64,000 nucleotides of DNA. Source: an uncultured Bacteroidota bacterium (lineage in GTDB: Bacteria > Bacteroidota > Ignavibacteria > UBA10030). The stretch covers positions 36,672-100,671 of the forward strand of contig CAVUAC010000063.1 in NCBI GenBank assembly GCA_963739335.1. Direction: 5' to 3'. The notes below the pieces were generated by a model, which had not been told where the DNA came from, did no database searches, and worked only from the letters and a program-made list of their open reading frames with translations. The translations under genes and the position numbers were made by a program. Positions 16,892 to 26,401 of the stretch are shown here, in pieces. How positions within the stretch are numbered: the first letter of the stretch is position 1; every line of letters begins with the position of its first letter.

Positions 16892-17165
16892 AGGTTTTTC
16901 TGTGGTCAAGAACGACGACAGAATTCCAATGCGTACTTATGCTGAAACAGGTATAGGCGGTTTCGCTATCGGCATTGCCACACCAGAACAAAGTGATCGA
17001 GTGTCCCAGGTTGCCTCACGGCGAGAGGGGCGGCCAACTGCAAGGTTCGCATCTTGAGAAGTTCGTCCGCAGATCGTAAGGATTGGGGGTTTCGGAGGAC
17101 GGCCGACAGCGCAGCCAGAGGCAAATGATGAGATTGCTGGTGACTGTTCGCGAGTGGTCGCTCCA

Positions 17166-18074
17166 TCAGCTTTTGCGTGCCCGTGGGGAGGGATGCACCG
17201 GAGGACCGGAGGGCGGGGGGTTGCAGTACCTCCCAGACCCCAAAGACAAGAAGCCAGATGTGGTTTCGCGAGTAATGGTGCCACCGGCTCGTCCCAGCGT
17301 GCGAACCTGTCTCCACGAGCAATCAGGAAATTCCGTTCGCGTGACTGTGCTGCCATCGGCCTGGCCATAGCTTTTGCGGAGTTGGACGAGGTTGCCGTCT
17401 CCGTCCTGGACCTTTGAAATGATGGCTCCATTTGATGCGTACCGCGTTGCTACCCGGATCGAGCCATCTTGCGGATTGACAACCCTTGTGACGACAGGCA
17501 GACGAAACGTATACGTCTCAAGCCTCCCGTTGCGCAAGACGTGCGTGACGATTGTGTCCTTTTGAAGGCCGAAAAGCTCGGTGACGGTGGTTTGCTGTGG
17601 ATTGTCATCGCGGAGATTTATGTATGAGGCATACCTCTTGGTCTCCGTGACGATATGTCCGTTTCCCTTCCCGTACGATTTCCTGATCGTAATAAGCAGC
17701 AGGCCTTTGGGATGTGCGTAACGCTCAGTGACAATCGCACCGTAGCCCCCTGAGATGACCTGGCCATAGATGTAAACTGTGTCGTTAGCCGTCTTCGTGA
17801 GCGTCATCTTTTTGGTGGCTGAAGCGTCGTTCGAGACTGAAAGGTTGGGTCCATTCGTGAACGTATCTGCCCAGTCGGCGATGGCGTGGACTTCATCAAG
17901 CGCTGAGATGAGAAAGTCTTCGCCGGTGGCTTCGAAATCGTATTTCGAGATGTCCGGGGGTTCGGACATTTGAGTGAGATGGCTGTCGGTTTGACACGCT
18001 CCGAACAGGAAGGCTGCGAACAGGAATGCAGCTGTCGCAAGAAAGAACCGGCCGAGAAAGGGTGATGGGGTCAT
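17166..18074 (-). CDS. Lipoprotein, unknown function
   Basis: MTPSPFLGRFFLATAAFLFAAFLFGAC is a lipobox-like signal. ATG 18074 was verified by hand. Confidence 0.6.
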   Translation of the reverse strand: MTPSPFLGRFFLATAAFLFAAFLFGACQTDSHLTQMSEPPDISKYDFEATGEDFLISALDEVHAIADWADTFTNGPNLSVSNDASATKKMTLTKTANDTVYIYGQVISGGYGAIVTERYAHPKGLLLITIRKSYGKGNGHIVTETKRYASYINLRDDNPQQTTVTELFGLQKDTIVTHVLRNGRLETYTFRLPVVTRVVNPQDGSIRVATRYASNGAIISKVQDGDGNLVQLRKSYGQADGSTVTRTEFPDCSWRQVRTLGRAGGTITRETTSGFLSLGSGRYCNPPPSGPPVHPSPRARKS

Positions 18075-18196
18075 GTGAACCTCCGAGGATGTTGTGAGAG
18101 TTATGAGAGTGTTGGAAGGGGAAACCCTCCCCCGAAGAAACTTCTTCGGGGGAGGCAAGACCGCTGAGAGCACCAAAAAGAATGTTCGGCGGAAGA

Positions 18197-18295
18197 ATCA
18201 AATCCCCCCAACCCCCCTTTGCGAAAGGGGGGAAACGCATAACTGTGGGGATCTTGTGGATGACGCAGGCCAGCACCGCCATCGATTTCGGTAGC
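18197..18295. repeat. Intergenic element, family 2, copy f
   Basis: caaatCCCCCCaaCCCCCCtttgcgaaaGGGGGG is followed by caccgCCATCGATTTCGGtagc. A nearby perfect hairpin is CCCCCGAAGAA-ac-TTCTTCGGGGG (18127-18153). Confidence 0.6.
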
Positions 18296-18427
18296 AAGTG
18301 GCGATTGAGAATTCCGGCGATCAGGATCAGATAATTGCTCATTAGGTCGCTCAGAAGTGGAAGACTAAGACTGTCGTCCTTCGACTCGCCTGCCAAAAGA
18401 CGGCAGTCTCGCTCAGGACAGCAGGCC

Positions 18428-18847
18428 TCAATAGTGAAAGATCAAAACTGCTGCTTCGAACCGCTTGTGTTGAATCTGGATCACGCCGATATAGGTGCCG
18501 GGTGGTGCGAACAGGTTGTCATCGGTATCGCCGAGCCAGGTATGGGCGTGTGAACCCTTTGATTCTGTAGCATTGAGTACGAGAGTCTTCACGAGGTACT
18601 CCTTTCCAGTTGAATCAGTTTTGACTATGAATGCGTTCAATGTGGCTGGGACTTTGAGCGAGTAACAGATCTCAGTGTTTGACTTAAACGAATCAAACGC
18701 GCTGGGTGAAAAGCGAAGACTGCTCACCAGCTCCGGATCATCCAGTGCAGAGGGAAGCTTACAACTGCTCAGGAGCGACAAGACTATGAGCCTTGCCAGT
18801 GTGCGATTATGCGTTTGGTGCCGCGCCATAATTGTGGATGAATTCAT
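18428..18847 (-). CDS. Small secreted/lipoprotein with FlgD-Ig-like C-terminal fold (tentative)
   Basis: It has the signal LARLIVLSLLSSC and ...SHAHTWLGDTDDNLFAPPGTYIGVIQ. An alternative start is at 18829. It overlaps the recombinase 3' end. Confidence 0.5.
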   Translation of the reverse strand: MNSSTIMARHQTHNRTLARLIVLSLLSSCKLPSALDDPELVSSLRFSPSAFDSFKSNTEICYSLKVPATLNAFIVKTDSTGKEYLVKTLVLNATESKGSHAHTWLGDTDDNLFAPPGTYIGVIQIQHKRFEAAVLIFHY

Positions 18848-19676
18848 TCGACAGAATTCTCTTAATGAGCGATTCTCTCATCTCTGGGTGTTGCTGCAGA
18901 TGCACATAAGTGTTGTGTAAGGTGTTGGGAGTACAGTCGAGGTGAAGAGCATAGCTCAATTCGTTCAGGGCATGACGAATGCTCATCTTGTCTACAGGTT
19001 TCTCGCTGAAGGACTCGAGAAAGATCGTGTCGGAGCTCGAGTTTCTGAGCTCCAAGTAGGTGCGTAGTTTCTTCAGGACCGATGCGTGGAGACGAAGGCT
19101 GAACAGCGTGCTAATGATGAGCGACACAGATTTCTTGGTTGTGTGAATAGAGGAGAGTCGCAGTGTGCGCAGCTGGTATTTTCGGACTCCGTAGAAGATC
19201 ATGAGCAACAGGATCAGCTCGTCTCTTCGATAGCGGACAACGTCCGAATCCTCTGAAGAGCGTTGGCGCCGATTGAGATAGTGAAAGATTGAGACGATCT
19301 GATCTGAGGAGAGAATGCCTCCTCTCACAGGCGTCACGGCCAGCGTAGCCGCAGGATTGCTATGAATCAGGCCCTGGTTGAGAAGGAACAGGAAGAAGTT
19401 TTTGAGGGCGAAGGAAGCACGTTTGACAGATGCGAATCTCAATCCGGAACGGGCCAGGGTGTGAAGGTAGTCTTCCAGATCCTTTGTCTGAATTGCGACA
19501 ATAGAACTAAGGTCAGGGGAATCGGACTGGCGAGCAGAACGGTGCAAGAAACCATTGACATCTGAAGCATAGGCCTTAATGGTTCTGTCTGACATTTTCT
19601 TCTTCCTGAGATATCCTATGAACTCCGTGAGGGTGACCTCTATGGGTTGTGGTGTTTCCTGAGGGCCCATGAGCAA
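18807..19676 (-). CDS. Tyrosine-recombinase-like protein (XerC/D-type core-binding domain, degenerate catalytic domain)
   Basis: The N-terminus TEFIGYLRKKKMSDRTIKAYASDVNGFL...KRASFALKNFFLFLLNQGLIHSNP is SAM-like. The catalytic region keeps GVRKYQL (Arg I). It has TPNTLHNTYV where sPHxLRHsfA is expected, and there is no clear LGH...Y tail. Confidence 0.65.
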   Translation of the reverse strand: MLMGPQETPQPIEVTLTEFIGYLRKKKMSDRTIKAYASDVNGFLHRSARQSDSPDLSSIVAIQTKDLEDYLHTLARSGLRFASVKRASFALKNFFLFLLNQGLIHSNPAATLAVTPVRGGILSSDQIVSIFHYLNRRQRSSEDSDVVRYRRDELILLLMIFYGVRKYQLRTLRLSSIHTTKKSVSLIISTLFSLRLHASVLKKLRTYLELRNSSSDTIFLESFSEKPVDKMSIRHALNELSYALHLDCTPNTLHNTYVHLQQHPEMRESLIKRILSNEFIHNYGAAPNA

Positions 19677-20447
19677 TTGGTCCAGAAAAAAATCTTCTAG
19701 AGGGGGTCCTTTTCGCTGTTTTGAGTGAAATAACCAGCTCGGGACAGATGGTGGTTATCCAATAACTACTAGTGAGCAGATCACGGTTATTGCCCCGGTT
19801 GGGTGCACTTTGTTGATGAGATCACCTGGATCTCAAAGAACTGGGCACCAATTAAGAGGAACGAGTGAGGGAAAACAAGCCGGCATTTTTGCCGGATATT
19901 TTTGGGGCGGGGGTGGGAACTTTTTCGGTGAGAAGTGAAACGGAAGAAGGGAGACGGTGGCAAAAGAGCTAGTTGGTGAACCGTGAACCGGAAAGCGTGG
20001 ACCGTGACGGTGATGCTATTGGATACGTCGGGTTGTTGAAGAAGAGTATGGTGATTGACTCTAGGGAGTACTTTCTGCTTCAAGAACTGATCGTTCAAAC
20101 TCTCCTGTAGGCCAGATCAGGCACATCGGCATTACGGAGAATGGCCTGGAAAAGCACAACTTCTATAGCGGATTGACTTTTAGGTCAGACTGTTCTAGCT
20201 TGATGTGAGCGCACCGTGCCCGCGATTGACAAACGAGAGTAACTGCGGGAAAGTGGGATTGAGAACCTCCAGATTCGCAAGAATCGATGAAGGAGGTTTT
20301 GTGTCTAGGGACGAATAAGACGCGGTACCATGTCTACTGTGCCAAGCAAGAAGGAATGACGCAACGCTTAATTGCACGAGTTGTACGCCATGCAGCCCAA
20401 GGTGCCGATAGACGTATTTAATCCTCAATATCGTAAAGGTCACCAAT

Positions 20448-21065
20448 ATGCTAATCGATTGCGCTCGTTGTGTTGCAAGAGTCGATGCGAAAATACTCTA
20501 TAACTACGTCTATCCGCCTTCCGACGAAGGCGATCCTTACGGCTATTTTCTGTTGGATTGCCCCTCTTGCCACGAGGTCTTGCTGGCGGGTGCGGAACCT
20601 GATCCAGATCCGAGTAACCAGTTCGGCTGGTATGCGGTTCAGCGCCTCTGGCCCGAGCCCAAAGAATCCCTCGACGGTCCGATTCCTCCATTAGCACGCA
20701 AAGCTCTTGAAGACGCCCACAAATGTTACTCCGCCGGGGTCTATTCTGCTTGCGCGGTGATGTGCGGGAAAGCAATTGAAGCCATCTGCGTCGACAAGAC
20801 CGGCAAAAAGACTCTGGCCGAAGGCTTAAGGGAATTGAAGAATCAAAATGTAATCGATGATAGGCTTTTTGCCTGGAGTGAGGTGCTACGAGAGCAACGA
20901 AACATAGGAGCGCATGCAGTCGAGGATTCCACCACGGAAGAGGATGCCAGAGACATCTTGGATTTCGCGACAGCCATCTGCGAATACATCTACGTTCTTT
21001 CTGAAAAATACGACCAGTACATCCGACGAAAATCGAGACACAAGAGACGCACCAGCCAAGATTAG
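20448..21065 (+). CDS. Cassette protein: N-terminal zinc ribbon plus DUF4145/HEPN-like domain
   Basis: The ribbon is CARC...CPSCH. The C-terminus is ARKALEDAHKCYSAGVYSACAVMCGKAIEAI...LREQRNIGAHAVE (R-x4-H). Confidence 0.7.
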   Translation: MLIDCARCVARVDAKILYNYVYPPSDEGDPYGYFLLDCPSCHEVLLAGAEPDPDPSNQFGWYAVQRLWPEPKESLDGPIPPLARKALEDAHKCYSAGVYSACAVMCGKAIEAICVDKTGKKTLAEGLRELKNQNVIDDRLFAWSEVLREQRNIGAHAVEDSTTEEDARDILDFATAICEYIYVLSEKYDQYIRRKSRHKRRTSQD

Positions 21066-21091
21066 GATTTTGGTGCTTAGTTAGCTGCACG

Positions 21092-21285
21092 GCTTGTAAC
21101 AAGCGGCAAACCGACGCTCGTGGCTAGTGCTGGCAAGCTATCATGAAGTCAAATGATTGTGAAACCTATTAGGGGCTCATCCACTCGCTCCCCGAAGGGG
21201 TCCTTCGGACAATGCGGTTGCCCTCACAATATCAGACAGAAGGTGTTCGCAACGGCACTGCGGTTTGCCTGAACTCGTTATGCGC
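21092..21285 (+). repeat. attC-type site 1 of array 1
   Basis: 5' cttGTAAC-aagcg-GCAAACCG ... CGGTTTGC-ctgaactc-GTTATGC 3', with the conserved inner blocks GGGCTCAT(C/T)CACTCGCTC and GCAACGGCACTG. Confidence 0.65.
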
Positions 21286-21313
21286 AATGTTGCATAATAA
21301 CGGAGACCAATAT

Positions 21314-22054
21314 ATGTGCGAGAACGTTCTAGCAGGTGTCATATCGAATACCATCTTCTTCGGAATCACCATTGTCATCGGCTGGTCAGCGTTCTTGATA
21401 GTTCGACGACGACGACTCCTTAAGTTTTTTGGAATCGGCGAAACCAAGAGGATAACCGTCTATTTGTCGAACATTCGTGTTGTTGAAGGTGGTTCTGTGG
21501 GAACAGACGGGAAGCCGAGGCGTTATGCAGGCACCACCGTGACTATTGGTGAGGCGGTCCAAGCCAACCTTTTCCCGAATCTTTTCAGCTATCGGATACC
21601 TGGTCTGAGTGACAAACCAGGGATTTTGAAATATCTCATGGTCTCTGATGTTAAGGTCGTCGTCTTGCCTTCCCCACTGAAGGAGGAAGATATCGACAAG
21701 ACGTCATCCATGATCACGTTTGGCTCACCGGGATACAATGTCGTATCGCAATGGGCCGAACGAAAGTTCGTGCCACGAATGAAGTTCGTGCAGGACAATA
21801 GTCAAATTGCGGTGGACAATCTGCCGAACATTGCCGATGGTAAACAGTCTTTTGTGCAAAGGCTTTATGACTCTGACAACAAGCGATGGGTCTTCTACAC
21901 GGCAGGCCTGTCTGAGCTTGGAACCATCGGAGCCGCTTACTTCTTGGCTTCACAATGGCGAAAACTGTATAAGAAATATGGTGCGAAAGATCCGTTCTCT
22001 CATATCATTTCGGTTAATCATCAGAATTACCAAGATGCAACTGTAGTCGTGTAA
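21314..22054 (+). CDS. Cassette protein: N-terminal TM anchor plus uncharacterised alpha/beta-like domain
   Basis: ATG 21314 follows GGAG (8-9 nt). The TM is VISNTIFFGITIVIGWSAFLIV. The upstream part of track ORF 21212..22054 lies inside attC. No family recognised. Confidence 0.6.
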   Translation: MCENVLAGVISNTIFFGITIVIGWSAFLIVRRRRLLKFFGIGETKRITVYLSNIRVVEGGSVGTDGKPRRYAGTTVTIGEAVQANLFPNLFSYRIPGLSDKPGILKYLMVSDVKVVVLPSPLKEEDIDKTSSMITFGSPGYNVVSQWAERKFVPRMKFVQDNSQIAVDNLPNIADGKQSFVQRLYDSDNKRWVFYTAGLSELGTIGAAYFLASQWRKLYKKYGAKDPFSHIISVNHQNYQDATVVV

Positions 22055-22076
22055 GACTATTTCATTCGGCAACACT

Positions 22077-22250
22077 GCGCATGACAATCGGCAAACCGGC
22101 GCTCGCGGGCTAGAGTGGCAAGGGAAAAACCACGTTGGGCTATTGCACTCGCTCAATTGTTTTTTTGGTGTGATTTCTTAGGCTCAGGTAGTACTCGGTC
22201 AAGTCTTGGTCACCAAGAACCGCTGGGTGTAGCCGCGGACTGCGCCACTG
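22077..22250 (+). repeat. attC-type site 2 of array 1 (3' half diverged)
   Basis: 5' gcgCATGAC-aatcg-GCAAACCG gcgctcgcgggctag...cactcgctcaattg... The 3' half, ccgctgggtgtagccgcggactgcgcc, only loosely matches the family. Confidence 0.5.
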
Positions 22251-22265
22251 GCTTCAATAGAAGGT

Positions 22266-23475
22266 GAAACCTCTGAAAAACATCTCGTTGATGGTTCTTT
22301 GCTTAGTGCCATGTAGAGTTTAAGAGGTCATTGGGTGGGAGGAAAATTTAAGAGCTGTTCATGATGATTGAGTTGAATTAGATCAGTAGCACTTTATTAT
22401 GGTTTTTTGGCCGTTTGGTTGGACGGCTTTTAGCCCCCGACTAAGCGAAGGCCCCGTTTGAGATTGACACTGATGGCAGCACAGACAACCTGAATCAGAT
22501 TACGCTTGATCGTGAAGTATTTGAGTCTCTCGAGATGACACCAGCGTTTCAGATCGTTGATACGTGGTTCGATTGCAGACCGAATCTGCGCTAGGGATTT
22601 GTTGCGGCGTTGGTCTTTCGCAGTGAGGGGATGGTAATGGCATCCCTTGCGTAAGATGCCATTGCGCTTCTGATGTTGCTTCAGATACCGATGATGTTGT
22701 TCTGAATCATAGGCTTTATCGGCATAGACAACCTTCGTCTGAGGAGGAATCAGCTCTTCGAAGACATGATGATCATGAACGGTAATCGGTGTCAGGCTAA
22801 TGTGTTCAACCAATCCGGAGCCGTGATCCATCGACAGGTGAACCTTCATGCCCTCTTTGGCCTTTCCCTTACGGCTGGTATAGGCAACATCGGGATCGAC
22901 AAGCTTACCGTTCTTTCTCCTTCGTCCAGGACGAGTCGCTCCTTACACAATGGTCGAATCGATGATAGTGCCCTTGCGAATGAATAAGCCCTGTTCATCC
23001 AGTTGCTCGTTGATCAGGTCGAACAACCGCCGCTCAATTTTGGCTTGCCGAATCCGTCCACGGAACTTCACGAGCGTGGTGTCATCGACATGGTAACGAC
23101 GAATATCCTGACCGACCAAGCCTTCAAAGCTTCGGCGGTCATGCACTTCCTCTACGACCCTCACATCCGACAGGCCATACCATTGTTCCAGCAACAGCAT
23201 CTTGAACAACATCACGGGGGGAATCGCTGGTCGCCCTATCTGTCGGTCATACAGGGTTTTCAAGAGAGCTCCGATGCGATTAAAGTCGATGATCTGATCG
23301 ATCCTATCCAACATCGTGTCCTTCTTGCGCATCAGATTGTCTTCTTGCATCCCGAACGTCAGTTGCGAATCCTTCTTGAGCATGTCCGTTCCTTCTCTAG
23401 TTGATGATGGGAAAAACTCTCCCTCATTGCTCAAAAAGAAATACAACCATCGTGCCAGACTTTTTCAGAGGTTTC
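22266..23475 (-). mobile_element. IS5-family insertion sequence (~1.2 kb)
   Basis: It has 15-bp perfect terminal inverted repeats GAAACCTCTGAAAAA (22266-22280 and complement 23461-23475). It is flanked by the direct repeat AAGGT (22261-22265, 23476-23480). It encodes a DDE transposase. Confidence 0.8.
22430..23383 (-). pseudogene. IS5-family (DUF772 N-terminal plus DDE_Tnp_1) transposase interrupted by one in-frame TAA
   Basis: Track ORFs 22943..23446 (..GRPAIPPVMLFKMLLLEQWYGLSD..) and 22430..22849 (..YADKAYDS..) are in the same frame. They are separated only by TAA at 22943-22945. The intervening codons read GATRPGRRRKNGKLVDPDVAYTSRKGKAKEG. Confidence 0.75.
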
Positions 23476-23488
23476 AAGGTATATACCG

Positions 23489-24652
23489 ATGACACCAGAT
23501 GAACAATACAGAGATTTGGCAAGAAGGCTTGAGGAAATTGGCAAAATCCACGCAAAGGTCTTCTCCGAATTCAACACGTCTCTCAGATTCGCCGAATTGA
23601 ACAGCCTCAAGGTAATTGAACCTCTTATGAAGGAATTTGATAGAATAAACTCTCTCAAACTTCACTTGCCCGCTGTCGAGAACCTTTTGAATTCCCCCGC
23701 TCTTGAAGCTGCTCGTGCTGCTAATCTTGCGATTTCCAAGTTGTCCGTATCACCTCAAATAGAACTTCTTTCCAAGGAGTTAGGTAGGGCCTCTGAACTA
23801 TGGAAAGCCCAGCTTGCTCCGATTTCCTTGGCGACAGAGTTAATTGGCACCTCGTTTCTGGGCATTCAGTCTCAAGTCGCCCGGATGTCTGAGATTTCCC
23901 TTCTCGCTGAACGAAGTCTCGCAAACATTGATTTTGCGAAACTCGGCGGGCTCGCGAACATAGCGCAAGAAATGCAGGATTCCCTTAGAGCTACTCATTT
24001 TTCCTTTTCCGATTCCTATTCTCAACTATTCAAGTCACTTGAAGATTCTCGCTTGAGCATCCTGTCCGTCGCGCCAGTGGTAACCTCACTCCCCCCGATT
24101 GAATTCTATTTTGGAAACAGATTTGTGGAAGTGATCACGTCCTCGGAGCGTGAGGATTCTGAAGAGGATCAATCCATGTCATTTGACCTTCAGAAAGAGA
24201 CGAAGGATGATATTGAATCGCATCTTTCCCGCCTCGACAAATCGTTGATCAAACTCTGGCAAGGAGCAACACAATCAGTGGCTTCCGACAATCCTGATGC
24301 CGTTCGTCACTACTCAATTTCGCTGCGAGAGTTGCTCACCCATATCATACATAGACTGGCTCCAGATGATCAAATCCGAGCTTGGTCCAACGCACCTGAG
24401 TTGTACCATGATGGAAAACCTACTCGGAAGGCAAGGTTGCTCTTCATCTGTCGTGGTATCAACCATCAGCCTTTCAGTCAGTTTCTGCAAAAAGACATCG
24501 ATTCAACCTTGGCTTGTGTTGATTTATTCCAGGAAGGGACGCACGCCATTGATCCCGATCTCTCAGCAATCCAACTCGATTTGTTAAGGATTAGAACTGA
24601 ATCGTCAATTAGGTTCTTAGTTAGGACTTACTTTGATGCCAGCGGCGCATAA
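23489..24652 (+). CDS. Cassette protein (387 aa), helical, C-terminal R-x4-H (HEPN-like) region
   Basis: Long ORF starting 9 nt after the IS. The C-terminus is DNPDAVRHYSISLRELLTHIIHRLAPDD...GKPTRKARLLFI. The stop lies inside the next attC. Confidence 0.6.
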   Translation: MTPDEQYRDLARRLEEIGKIHAKVFSEFNTSLRFAELNSLKVIEPLMKEFDRINSLKLHLPAVENLLNSPALEAARAANLAISKLSVSPQIELLSKELGRASELWKAQLAPISLATELIGTSFLGIQSQVARMSEISLLAERSLANIDFAKLGGLANIAQEMQDSLRATHFSFSDSYSQLFKSLEDSRLSILSVAPVVTSLPPIEFYFGNRFVEVITSSEREDSEEDQSMSFDLQKETKDDIESHLSRLDKSLIKLWQGATQSVASDNPDAVRHYSISLRELLTHIIHRLAPDDQIRAWSNAPELYHDGKPTRKARLLFICRGINHQPFSQFLQKDIDSTLACVDLFQEGTHAIDPDLSAIQLDLLRIRTESSIRFLVRTYFDASGA

Positions 24653-24806
24653 CAGGCGTAACCAAGACGCTTATTCATTTGCAAAGGCAATGTCAAAGCT
24701 GAGTCTGGATGACGGTTGTATTCGCTCCACGGTTTTTGTCGCGGGAGGATTGATTGTTTTGTAGCGGCAAAAGCAACGGCGTTGTTAGAGCAGATGTTAT
24801 GCGTCG
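24645..24806 (+). repeat. attC-type site 3 of array 1
   Basis: GCGCATAAC (contains the TAA stop of the cassette) ... cagatGTTATGCGTC. The inner sequence is unlike the other sites, as is usual for attC. Confidence 0.55.
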
Positions 24807-24846
24807 TTGGCTTGCTGCAGTACGGGAATAGAATTGGAGGGTACAG

Positions 24847-25416
24847 ATGTCAACCAAAGCATCAACAGTTCTTTGGATCGCCGCAGGCTTTGTGATTCTC
24901 GCGCTCCTGTATCTCGTTCAGAGAAAGACCAGCGACATCAAGGAGCTCAAATCGCAGATCGATCAAAACAAAGAACTCACTGAGGACGTGCGGCAACGCC
25001 TTCTAGATTTGCTTCAGTCAAATCGCGATATCGATCCCCAGGTTGCCCAAGAACTGACACAGATCTGTGGGCTTCTCGAAATCCACCAGGACACAAAAGC
25101 GATACTGTCACTCGCCAAGATAATAGAAAAACTCCTGCGGCAACTGTACCAAGACGATCCCGAATTCCTGGCAAAGAAAAAGACTCCGTCGTTTGCCGAC
25201 TACCTCGAACACGCGAGGGATAAGAATGTCATTTCCACAGAAGACTACCATCTCATTTCTGTTCTTCGGCTCATCAGAAACGAAGAGGCACACGAACTCG
25301 CTGTGAAGAAAGAACGCAGTCGAATCGTTGCAGTGCTCATAGCCGGTATCGCCTTTGTGCTTACTCTTAGTCGGTTGCTCAGGAAAAAGTTAGGCGTTGT
25401 CGCACCATCGGTCTGA
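24847..25416 (+). CDS. Cassette protein: TM anchor plus DUF4145/HEPN-like domain
   Basis: GGAGGG precedes the ATG. The TM is VLWIAAGFVILALLYLV. It has ...LRLIRNEEAHELA (R-x4-H) and a second TM at the C-terminus. Confidence 0.65.
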   Translation: MSTKASTVLWIAAGFVILALLYLVQRKTSDIKELKSQIDQNKELTEDVRQRLLDLLQSNRDIDPQVAQELTQICGLLEIHQDTKAILSLAKIIEKLLRQLYQDDPEFLAKKKTPSFADYLEHARDKNVISTEDYHLISVLRLIRNEEAHELAVKKERSRIVAVLIAGIAFVLTLSRLLRKKLGVVAPSV

Positions 25417-25468
25417 GATCAAATGACCATCCGAGAGGAATTGTGCAACAAACACGCAAGCCAACGAA

Positions 25469-25643
25469 CGTATAACAAGCGGCAAACCGGCGCTCGTGGG
25501 CTGGTGTTGGCAGGCTATTACGAAACCAAAGTTGTTGTGAACCTATTTTGGGCTCATTCACTCGCTCAATGCCGTTGCTCACACAATAGTAAATAGTAGG
25601 AGTTTGCAACGGCACTGCGGTTTGCCTGAAATCGTCATGCGTC
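25469..25643 (+). repeat. attC-type site 4 of array 1
   Basis: cgtATAAC-aagcg-GCAAACCG ... internal hairpin GCCGTTGC/GCAACGGC ... CGGTTTGC-ctgaaatc-GTCATGC. Confidence 0.7.
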
Positions 25644-25697
25644 AGCGGCCTCATTTATTACGTCGCTTTGCGGCGCGCTGGTTTCGGAACTCTTGGA

Positions 25698-26114
25698 ATG
25701 TCACTCATGAAATCCTCGACAGCAGGCCACGCAAGACAGATTTGGGATGACATCCGTAACGGCATCTTTTCGGTTGAGATGTTGGCCATGATCAACTTGG
25801 AGAAGCTCAGGTATCTTGCCACGCGCGACAAGACCTATATTGATATGCGAAACTCTTCATCTGCGGAGGTGCTCAAACTCATCGAGAAGCTTCAGTCCGT
25901 TCCAGATCTGGTTGTACCAGAGATGAGCGCCATTGTTCAAGAGATGCCATTGTCTGTGCAATCATTCCTATTTGATCGGTTTCTTTATGTGGATGAATAT
26001 TTAGAGAAATTAGGTCAGACAGAGTTCTTCTTCGAGGAGGGTCCACATGAATTCCTCCGTTGGGGTCTTATGGACATATGGGACTCTCGCGAACGCGTCG
26101 GAGACTGGCGATGA
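25698..26114 (+). CDS. Cassette protein (138 aa), unknown function
   Basis: ORF between two attC sites. ATG 25698 is preferred over the TTG at 25668. Confidence 0.5.
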   Translation: MSLMKSSTAGHARQIWDDIRNGIFSVEMLAMINLEKLRYLATRDKTYIDMRNSSSAEVLKLIEKLQSVPDLVVPEMSAIVQEMPLSVQSFLFDRFLYVDEYLEKLGQTEFFFEEGPHEFLRWGLMDIWDSRERVGDWR

Positions 26115-26182
26115 TCTTTACTTGCTTCATACGATCTCGACAACACGTGCGCCGCAAAGCGAAAAAGAATTGAGGCCGCCCA

Positions 26183-26377
26183 ACGCATAAGATGCGGCAA
26201 ACCGACGCTTGCGGGCTAAGATTGGCAGACTATTCTAAAGGCAAAGATTTGTTGAAGCTGTTTTCGGCTCATTCACTCGCTCAATGGTTTTTGGTGTCAG
26301 TAATAGGCTCAGACAAAGCTCATCAGATTTCAGTGTCACCAAAAACCACTGCGGTTTGTCGGAGACCTTTGTGCAAT
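26183..26377 (+). repeat. attC-type site 5 of array 1
   Basis: cgCATAAG-atgcg-GCAAACCG ... GGCTCATTCACTCGCTCAATGG ... CGGTTTGT-cggagacct-TTGTGC. Confidence 0.6.
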
Positions 26378-26401
26378 GCATCTGCACACCAGAACCTGTA
26401 G

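Noticed and set aside
16937-17431. Track ORFs 16937..17431(-), 16966..17322(-) and 17083..17370(+) around the lipoprotein 3' end
   Set aside because: They are low-complexity Ala/Pro/Arg translations that overlap each other and the 17166..18074 CDS. There is no start context or domain. The 255-bp region 16910-17165 is left unannotated.
18807-19676. Calling the tyrosine recombinase a bona fide integron integrase (IntI)
   Set aside because: It is only 289 aa. It has no counterpart of the IntI-specific extra segment, and box II/tail catalytic residues are substituted. Only the position and orientation fit.
20440-21102. Track ORFs 20195..20446(-), 20440..21102(-) and 19787..20098(-) in or next to the first cassette
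   Set aside because: They are Arg/Ser/Pro-rich antisense translations overlapping a well-supported plus-strand DUF4145-like CDS, or they lie in the putative attI region. No domain signal.
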